Position numbers and translations under genes: made by a program. Below are positions 1-6,071 of a stretch of 16,277 nucleotides of DNA, in pieces. The DNA lies in assembly GCA_019057375.1 (NCBI GenBank), contig DXJF01000106.1, positions 1 to 16,277 of the forward strand, written 5' to 3'. This DNA is from Candidatus Heimdallarchaeota archaeon (lineage in GTDB: Archaea > Asgardarchaeota > Heimdallarchaeia > Heimdallarchaeales > Heimdallarchaeaceae). How positions within the stretch are numbered: the stretch's first letter is position 1; each line of letters opens with the position of its first letter. The notes below the pieces were generated by a model that did no database searches, was not told the origin of the DNA, and was given only the letters and a program-made list of their open reading frames with translations.

Positions 1-1
1 A

Positions 2-292
2 CCAATAATTTCTATTGGACCAAATTTTAATCCTGTTGTTGTAAAGAAAGTATTTGAAATTGCAGATAAGAATGAAATACCATATCAGAAACATGCTGCT
101 CCTAGAGGAACAGGGACAGATGCCAATGCAATCCAACTATCTGGTGCAGCTACTGGGTTATTAGCAATTCCTAACAGATACATGCATACAGCTTCAGAAG
201 TTATTAGTCTCGATGATGTAAAAAACATTATTCTGCTAGTTGTAGCTTTTATAAAATCAATAAAAGAAGGAGACAATTTCTTACCTCTCTAA
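2..292 (+). CDS. M42 family metallopeptidase (TET/FrvX-like), C-terminal fragment, truncated by the window start
   Basis: My translation of frame 2 (not in the ORF track): PIISIGPNFNPVVVKKVFEIADKNEIPYQKHAAPRGTGTDANAIQLSGAATGLLAIPNRYMHTASEVISLDDVKNIILLVVAFIKSIKEGDNFLPL*, with TAA at 290-292. GTDA and IPxRYMHTxxE are typical M42 C-terminal motifs. Confidence 0.88.
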   Translation, partial: PIISIGPNFNPVVVKKVFEIADKNEIPYQKHAAPRGTGTDANAIQLSGAATGLLAIPNRYMHTASEVISLDDVKNIILLVVAFIKSIKEGDNFLPL

Positions 293-304
293 TCTCCTCT
301 TTTT

Positions 305-1141
305 CTACTCTATCAACATCGTATAATCAAAATTCTTAACTGAGTGTGTTAGTGCGCCTGAGGATATTAGATCTACTCCTTCTAATGCATAATCCTGTAG
401 ATTCTCAGGATTAATGTTACCTGATAATTCGATTAATATATCCTTCTTAACTGACTTGATTTTTGGAATTGTTAGTTTTATTAGTTGGGGAGAAAAATTA
501 TCTAACATAATAATATCCACGCCAGCTTTAGCTGCTTCTATAGCTTGCTCTTCATTTTGAACCTCGACTTCAATTTTCTTGCTGAAGCTAATGATCGCTT
601 GAGCTTTTTTAATAGCCTCTGTGACTGAACTGAAACCTCTAAGATGATTTTCTTTTAGAAGAATCATATCAGATAGATTGAATCTATGAGTATCTCCTCC
701 TCCCACAACAACAGCATATTTATCATATTTCCCTAAACCTGGAACCACTTTTCTTGTTGCACAGATTTTTAACTGAGGGTTTACTTCATGAGCAATTTCA
801 ATCATTTTAGCTGTTTGTGTAGCAATTCCTGATAATCTCCCAAGAATATTCAAAGATACTCTTTCAGCTTGTAATAGATTATGTATATTTCCATTAAAAG
901 AAGCAACAGCTGTTTTCTTTAATACTTTCTCTCCTTCTTTAACCAATATATCAAGTTCTGACCCTAAAAACTCAAAGATTCTTTTTATGAATACAACGCC
1001 TGCAACAACTCCTTCTTGTTTTGTATAGATTTTCCCTTTAGCATTTACACTAGGAAGAAGTGAAGTTGTTACATCCCAGTAAGGTATATCTTCCTCTATC
1101 CATTTTTTAATATCTTCATCTACTAAAACTAGGGGTATCAT
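305..1141 (-). CDS. nadC: Quinolinate phosphoribosyltransferase (nicotinate-nucleotide diphosphorylase, carboxylating)
   Basis: 278 aa with EDIPYWDVTT, AERVSLNILGRLSGIAT, ATRK, GGGDTHRFNLSDMILLKENH, IEVEV, DIIMLDN, ELSGNI and ISSGALTHS, all matching QAPRTase motifs. Lies directly downstream of nadA. Confidence 0.96.
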   Translation of the reverse strand: MIPLVLVDEDIKKWIEEDIPYWDVTTSLLPSVNAKGKIYTKQEGVVAGVVFIKRIFEFLGSELDILVKEGEKVLKKTAVASFNGNIHNLLQAERVSLNILGRLSGIATQTAKMIEIAHEVNPQLKICATRKVVPGLGKYDKYAVVVGGGDTHRFNLSDMILLKENHLRGFSSVTEAIKKAQAIISFSKKIEVEVQNEEQAIEAAKAGVDIIMLDNFSPQLIKLTIPKIKSVKKDILIELSGNINPENLQDYALEGVDLISSGALTHSVKNFDYTMLIE

Positions 1142-1159
1142 CCTTTTCTAACTCTCTAA

Positions 1160-2185
1160 TTAGTATTTTAGCATATTGTTAACGGCTCGGAAAGCTTTTT
1201 TACGAATCTCTTCATCTAATTCGATAACATTATCATCTGTTGGCTTTTCGAGAGCTTTCCAAGTCGAGAAAAGATCATTTCTTTTCATGCTTATGCATAT
1301 CATTTTACTATCTTCAAACTGAACATCAGGATATTCAACTTTCATTCTATCGATGAACCCTTGTTCAGTTAAGAAAAGAACTTTTTCGTCTTTAGGAGCA
1401 TTGGTTGAATACCTGTGCATGTCCCCAGTTCCCCCTACAAAATCTACAGATTCAATGATTTCTGGTCGGCATTCAAAATGAGCAAAAGTTTTAGTATTAT
1501 CATCAAGAATTAACTTTTCTAATCTTTTGATTGTGAGAGCATTATGAGTTCTACAGGAACCTGGCCAGGTTATAATCTTTTTACCAGTAATTTTTGCTAG
1601 ATTATTTCCCATGTTCTCATCGGGAATAAATATAATGGTATCTTCTTCCAAACTATCTATGATTTTTCGAGCATTAGCTGAGGTACAACAAATATCAGAC
1701 TCAGCTTTTACATCTGCATTTGTATTAACATAACAAACAACAGGAGCTCCAGGATATTCTTCCTTCAGTTTTCTAACATCTTCACCTGTTATTGAATCTG
1801 CTAGAGTACAATCCCTTCCTCTTGCAGGAACTAAAACCAACTTCTCTGGATTAAGAATCTTCACAGATTCTGCCATGAAATCGACACCACAGAAAAGAAT
1901 TCGTTTCTCTTTAATTTCGGTAGCTTTTCTAGCAAGTGCAAGCGAATCACCAACAATATCTGCAATTCCAAAAACAATATCTGCTGTTTGATAGGAATGA
2001 GCAAGTATCTTAAACCCTTTCTCTTTCTTTAGCTGGTTGATTTTATATGTAAAGGGTGCAATTGATTCGCAAGCAGTTTTAGTCCATCCTAGAGGATTCA
2101 ATTTTGTAAATAATCTATCCACTTCTTCCTCTAGTAAACCAAACTCCTCACTTCTTATTTCAGGAGTATCTTCTACAACTACCAT
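1160..2185 (-). CDS. nadA: Quinolinate synthase A ([4Fe-4S] enzyme)
   Basis: 341 aa with ILAHSYQ, GDSLALA, FCGVDFMAESVKILNPEK, CYVNT, CCTSANA, FIPDENMG, AHFEC and TEQG. Three candidate cluster cysteines are present (DCTLAD, GSCRTH, ICISMK). Confidence 0.95.
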   Translation of the reverse strand: MVVVEDTPEIRSEEFGLLEEEVDRLFTKLNPLGWTKTACESIAPFTYKINQLKKEKGFKILAHSYQTADIVFGIADIVGDSLALARKATEIKEKRILFCGVDFMAESVKILNPEKLVLVPARGRDCTLADSITGEDVRKLKEEYPGAPVVCYVNTNADVKAESDICCTSANARKIIDSLEEDTIIFIPDENMGNNLAKITGKKIITWPGSCRTHNALTIKRLEKLILDDNTKTFAHFECRPEIIESVDFVGGTGDMHRYSTNAPKDEKVLFLTEQGFIDRMKVEYPDVQFEDSKMICISMKRNDLFSTWKALEKPTDDNVIELDEEIRKKAFRAVNNMLKY

Positions 2186-2213
2186 CTCAGCCGGACTACT
2201 CTTTTATGAATTG

Positions 2214-2221
2214 TATTTAAA
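2214..2221 (-). promoter_or_regulatory. Candidate archaeal TATA box for nadA-nadC
   Basis: TTTAAATA on the minus strand about 30 nt upstream of the nadA ATG (2185). Judged from position and consensus only. Confidence 0.45.
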
Positions 2222-2444
2222 GACTGTTTGTTTAAGGACAAAATTGAACTAAAATTTTGTATACAAGTCTTAAAACTCAAGAAAAATACAATATTGAAGC
2301 ATTCTCTAGCATAGTATAAGCAATAATTGCCTATTTCTCTTGAAGAAAAAGATAGAAGAAGTGTGTTTGAATGCTTCTAAGTTCATTTATGTATTGTTAA
2401 TACGTATTTTAAAAACATCTAAATTTTTGTTATCTGTGGATAAA

Positions 2445-2452
2445 TATAAATA
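2445..2452 (+). promoter_or_regulatory. Candidate TATA box for the NAD-kinase-like/wHTH gene
   Basis: TATAAATA about 43 nt upstream of the ATG at 2496. The AT-rich background makes this uncertain. Confidence 0.3.
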
Positions 2453-2495
2453 AACATTAATCAGTAATAGTAAAGTAAGGAATGTAGATGAAACC

Positions 2496-3542
2496 ATGAT
2501 TTTAGCTCTATATGTGTCCAATCATACTAACTCGCAAAAGTTTGCTGAAATAATAAAGGGAACGCTTCTTGAAATTGATCCAGAAGTTGAAATCATCGAA
2601 TTTGAAGATGAAGAGTTGAATGAAAACAACTGGGAAAATCAGATGAAGGATTTCTCCACACAAAAAGTAAATTGCATTATTTCAGTAGGTGATGCTGGTA
2701 CATTTCTTAGAGCTATTTTTCTTTCAAGATCATCTGCACCGGTTGTTGCTGCATCGTCTGAAAGTGTAAGTTTCTTTACTGAAATAAGTCCAGTTAATCT
2801 TCAGTATACCTTAACAAGTATCTTAAATCGAAAATATGATGTCGATAACTATCATAGAGTAGTCTTTCTAGATTCTGGAAATGGCACGCCAATTCCAGCA
2901 CTAAATGAGATAGCTATATTCCCAAAGGACTCAGCTCTTTTAATGAATTATACTTTAATAATAGATAAGAATCAGCTTTATAGAGGTAGAGCTGATGGAC
3001 TGATTGTGTCTACATCTCTAGGAAGTACAGGTTATGCTCTCTCATCAGGTGGTCCTATAGCTTTTGGTAACCCAGATGTTCTGATTATAGTTCCAGTTAA
3101 TCCATTGAATAAAGAACACATTCCTCTAGTAGTTCCAATTGATTCAGAGATTAAATTGGTAAACTTGCGTTCAAGATCTCCTTTAGAAGCAATAATTGAT
3201 GGTCAAATAAGAATAGGTGTCGATGAGGAAGTATTAGTTAAAAAAGCTTCCTCAACAGCTAGAATAATACGATTTCAAGCTAAGAAAAACATACTTGCTA
3301 AATTACGAAACAGATTAGTCGAATTAGATTTGAGATCTTTAGAACGTGTTCCTCCATCTGCAAAATATATCTTTAAATTGCTTTTAACTGAAGGAGAAAT
3401 GACACAGAAAGAATTAATTGAAAGTACAGGCTTACCTAATAGAACTGTTCGAAACGCTCTATCTATTCTCAAAGAGAAGGGTGTAATTAATCAAAGACCT
3501 CATCTAAGAGATGCTAGACAATCAATTTATTTTGTTGACTAA
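2496..3542 (+). CDS. NAD kinase-like domain fused to a C-terminal winged helix-turn-helix (MarR-like); catalytic motif degenerate
   Basis: NADK C-domain motifs ALNEIAI, ADGLIVSTSLGSTGYALSSGGP and IIDGQ are present. The GGDGT position reads GDAGT. The C-terminal ~65 aa (PPSAKYIFKLL..GEMTQKELIESTGLPNRTVRNALSILKEKGVI..DARQSIY) is a typical archaeal wHTH. Confidence 0.85.
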   Translation: MILALYVSNHTNSQKFAEIIKGTLLEIDPEVEIIEFEDEELNENNWENQMKDFSTQKVNCIISVGDAGTFLRAIFLSRSSAPVVAASSESVSFFTEISPVNLQYTLTSILNRKYDVDNYHRVVFLDSGNGTPIPALNEIAIFPKDSALLMNYTLIIDKNQLYRGRADGLIVSTSLGSTGYALSSGGPIAFGNPDVLIIVPVNPLNKEHIPLVVPIDSEIKLVNLRSRSPLEAIIDGQIRIGVDEEVLVKKASSTARIIRFQAKKNILAKLRNRLVELDLRSLERVPPSAKYIFKLLLTEGEMTQKELIESTGLPNRTVRNALSILKEKGVINQRPHLRDARQSIYFVD

Positions 3543-3641
3543 TTGAATAAACTAGGGTATTAGCAAATTGTCAAAAAGGTTATCCAGCTTGTGAATTAGC
3601 TTAATTTATTCTTCTTTAATACTATTAGCACTATCAGTTTT

Positions 3642-3649
3642 TTTAAATA
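3642..3649 (+). promoter_or_regulatory. Candidate TATA box for the GTPase gene; a GAGG Shine-Dalgarno-like motif lies at 3693-3696
   Basis: TTTAAATA about 54 nt upstream of the ATG at 3703, and GAGAGGA ending 5 nt before the ATG. Confidence 0.35.
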
Positions 3650-3702
3650 GAGACTATGATAATATAGAGAAGGAGATACTTAGCTAATTTGAGAGGATAT
3701 AG

Positions 3703-4395
3703 ATGAATTTGCTGGAACCATTAGTAATGAAGAAAATCACCATCTTAGGAACGACTGGTTCAGGGAAAACAACATTTTTGGAAGCACTTTTTGGTAATAT
3801 TGAGAAAAATGATGTTGCACGAAGAATATTTGGAGAAATTAGCAGTAATCTAGATTTTACCCCCTTAAAGTATAACAATTTTGCTTCGAGTACAACAACA
3901 ATATCACTGAATGTGGTAAATTCAGTAATTATATTGACGAGATTTAATAAAGTGCTTTTGAGGAAATATGATAAGATAGAGACGCTTGATTTTGAATCAA
4001 TCGATTCTGCGTTTCAAGTAATTATGAATGACTTGCCTGGGCAAGACAGATTTGATTTTATGCAAGATATTGTAATAAAAGGCTCCGATCTTGTTATTAT
4101 AATGGCCGATGGTACAAATATTTCTTCTTTAGAAAAAATTGTTCATTATTTAGAAATGGTTAAGATGGAAGAAGTTAGAAAAAATAGAAATATTCCTATT
4201 ATTATTTTCATCAATAAATCTGATCTTCGAGATAAAGGGGTATACTTAGGAAGAGAAACAGCTGAGAGAATAGTTTTTTCTTTAATTGTTGATAGGGAAC
4301 TTGTTTTCTATGAAACCACTAATTTAGATGCTAATTGCTATGAATTGCCTTTAACAATCATTTTCAATTATCTTGCTATGCAAGCGTATAGCTGA
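3703..4395 (+). CDS. Ras-superfamily-like small GTPase
   Basis: 230 aa with G1 GTTGSGKTT (16-24), probable G2 Thr in SSTTT (62-66), G3 DLPGQ (110-114), G4 NKSD (171-174) and G5-like ETT (204-206). Confidence 0.88.
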   Translation: MNLLEPLVMKKITILGTTGSGKTTFLEALFGNIEKNDVARRIFGEISSNLDFTPLKYNNFASSTTTISLNVVNSVIILTRFNKVLLRKYDKIETLDFESIDSAFQVIMNDLPGQDRFDFMQDIVIKGSDLVIIMADGTNISSLEKIVHYLEMVKMEEVRKNRNIPIIIFINKSDLRDKGVYLGRETAERIVFSLIVDRELVFYETTNLDANCYELPLTIIFNYLAMQAYS

Positions 4396-4435
4396 AGTTC
4401 TTCAGACTAACTAAATCTTTATCTATTTTGAACGT

Positions 4436-4819
4436 ATGATTTTGTTGAAGGAAATGAAACAAATCAAGCAGCTTACTTTCAACATTACTCAAAGTAGGCG
4501 TATTAAGAACTATGCTCAAAAGAAAAACATTCCTGAAAAATCATTGTTAGTTCGATATCGAGATGTCATGCATAGTATCTACAAAGCTTGGGTGAAAAAT
4601 CAACAAGAAAATCCTGAGTTGCAGTTCAGAGAATTTTTTTTAGATATCGTGAAACATGCAGAATTTGCTTTTAGACTAAAAGAGAGAGAAGAACAACTAA
4701 TAATAATTAAGAATCATGTTGAAATCTTAGAAGATGCAATAGAAGAATACAAAGAAGATTATGCAAAAATCAGTAAGATACAGCAAATCGTTAAAGTTTC
4801 TGAGGAGGGGAATATGTGA
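4436..4819 (+). CDS. Hypothetical protein, possibly an N-terminal ribbon-helix-helix-like domain plus a C-terminal coiled coil
   Basis: 127 aa ORF; the true start may be MKQIK at 4454, after GAAGGA. KQLTFNIT..RRIKNYAQKKNIPEKSLL loosely resembles the RHH strand-helix-helix pattern, and the C-terminus has a heptad-like pattern. The domain call is by eye only. Confidence 0.6.
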   Translation: MILLKEMKQIKQLTFNITQSRRIKNYAQKKNIPEKSLLVRYRDVMHSIYKAWVKNQQENPELQFREFFLDIVKHAEFAFRLKEREEQLIIIKNHVEILEDAIEEYKEDYAKISKIQQIVKVSEEGNM

Positions 4820-5268
4820 TGAAAATAGCAACAACTCAATTCAATGTCAAATTTAAGGACAAAATACCTTGTGGAGATGAAGAGATTCTTGCGAGTGATC
4901 TCGCTTATTATCTCTACTACCTTGACTCAATTCCTGAAAAAATTAGTGATTGGAATATGGCGGATCTTAAAGTGCAAAGAAAAGAAGATGAAGATATTTT
5001 CAACGTACTAAGCAAGGAATATTCTAATTTGTTTAGAAGATATGCCTTAATCAGATTAAAAGCTAATGAATTGTATGAAGGAAACAGAGTAATTGCTCTT
5101 ACTATGGGATTATTAAGGCTAAAATTAATTCAATTTAAGGATTCAGATATAGATTTTCCCTTAGACTACGATAAAGCTATAGAACAAGTAGAATATTTTA
5201 TCTATAGGTATCTTACAAAGAAACAAGACAAAAGATTAGTAGAACAAGTCGTTTTTGATGAAAAATAG
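4819..5268 (+). CDS. Hypothetical helical protein, probably translationally coupled to the upstream ORF
   Basis: The ORF track starts it at GTG 4816. The ATG at 4819 overlaps the upstream stop (TGATG) and is preceded by GAGGAGG at 4802-4808. I recognise no family motif. Confidence 0.65.
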   Translation: MKIATTQFNVKFKDKIPCGDEEILASDLAYYLYYLDSIPEKISDWNMADLKVQRKEDEDIFNVLSKEYSNLFRRYALIRLKANELYEGNRVIALTMGLLRLKLIQFKDSDIDFPLDYDKAIEQVEYFIYRYLTKKQDKRLVEQVVFDEK

Positions 5269-5293
5269 AATGGATATTTTCTCGGGATTACAG

Positions 5294-5330
5294 ACCTTTA
5301 GTTAAGGTTACAACCTTATCAACAAGGTTA
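5294..5330. repeat. Array of four alternating ACCTT/AAGGTT half-sites, including the perfect inverted repeat TAAGGTT-AC-AACCTTA; candidate recombinase binding or crossover site
   Basis: ACCTT 5294-5298, AAGGTT 5304-5309, AACCTT 5312-5317, AAGGTT 5324-5329. The array ends 2 nt before the recombinase ATG (5333). Confidence 0.7.
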
Positions 5331-5332
5331 AT

Positions 5333-6064
5333 ATGATTCGTTGCATTGTTTATGTTAGAACCTCAACAGCTGATCAAGAATCAGGTTTAGAAACACAAGT
5401 TGATGACGTTACAGCAAAAATCTATCAAGCTGGAGATAGGGAGATTATCAAAATAATCAAAGATGAGGATGTTCCAGGTGATAGTGATCCAGAATATAGA
5501 GTAGGATTCAAAGAGATTCTAAGAATGGTTGAAGAAAATGAATTTGATGAGTTGTGGAGTCAATCCAGAGACCGTTTATCGAGAGATGTAGATATTCTAG
5601 GATACATTCGGGTTATGCTCAAGAAAAAAGAAATATCTATCATCTGTTTAGATGATGAAGATAACAAAGCATTTGCTAGAATAAAGGATCTTTTTGGAGA
5701 AATGGAGTTAGAGAAATATAGAGAAAAACGATACAAAGGTATGTTACGAAGAATAAATGATAAAAAAGTTATGTCTCGTCCTCCATTTGGATATGCAGTT
5801 GATGAGGGGGGAAACTTAATAGCTGATGAAAGTAAAATGGGTCTTATTAGACGTCTTTTCGGTGAGTTTGATAATCCTTTTGCATCACTAAAAACCCTAA
5901 GTATGAAATATAACATCCCTGTATCCACTCTGAGAAATATACGATCTAATCCTATTTATAGAACAGGAGAAGTAAGGTGGGCTGGGAAAATAGCTTATTA
6001 TGTGGATCCAATAGTTCCAGAAGATAAAGATCAGATGTTAAAAACTGAATGGGAAGGAAGGTGA
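5333..6064 (+). CDS. Serine recombinase (resolvase catalytic domain plus recombinase DNA-binding domain, no zinc-ribbon domain)
   Basis: YVRTST (catalytic Ser11), DQ..LETQ, RVGFKEIL, RDRLSR, then SRPPFGY, IRRLF and IRSNPIYRTG..DPIV, which are typical of the recombinase domain of large serine recombinases. The protein ends at 243 aa. Confidence 0.9.
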   Translation: MIRCIVYVRTSTADQESGLETQVDDVTAKIYQAGDREIIKIIKDEDVPGDSDPEYRVGFKEILRMVEENEFDELWSQSRDRLSRDVDILGYIRVMLKKKEISIICLDDEDNKAFARIKDLFGEMELEKYREKRYKGMLRRINDKKVMSRPPFGYAVDEGGNLIADESKMGLIRRLFGEFDNPFASLKTLSMKYNIPVSTLRNIRSNPIYRTGEVRWAGKIAYYVDPIVPEDKDQMLKTEWEGR

Positions 6065-6071
6065 ATCCTTC

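Noticed and set aside
85-276. 63-aa minus-strand ORF from the track
   Set aside because: It is antisense to the M42 peptidase C-terminus, which has clear family motifs on the + strand.
2186-2495. Known NAD+ riboswitch upstream of nadA
   Set aside because: I cannot recognise the riboswitch consensus in this very AT-rich spacer, and the likely TATA box leaves almost no nadA leader. An Rfam search would be needed.
2496-3542. Annotating this as an ordinary NAD kinase (nadK/ppnK)
   Set aside because: The GGDGT and GxxGFL motifs are degenerate and a wHTH is fused, so activity cannot be assumed.
5333-6064. IS607-family transposase (TnpA)
   Set aside because: IS607 TnpA has an N-terminal MerR-like HTH before the catalytic domain and usually a downstream tnpB. 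Here the catalytic domain is N-terminal and no tnpB follows.
6053-6071. Hairpin GAAGGA-N7-TCCTTC at the recombinase/eIF-2B convergent junction
   Set aside because: The stem is only 6 bp and largely within coding sequence, too weak to call a terminator or att site.
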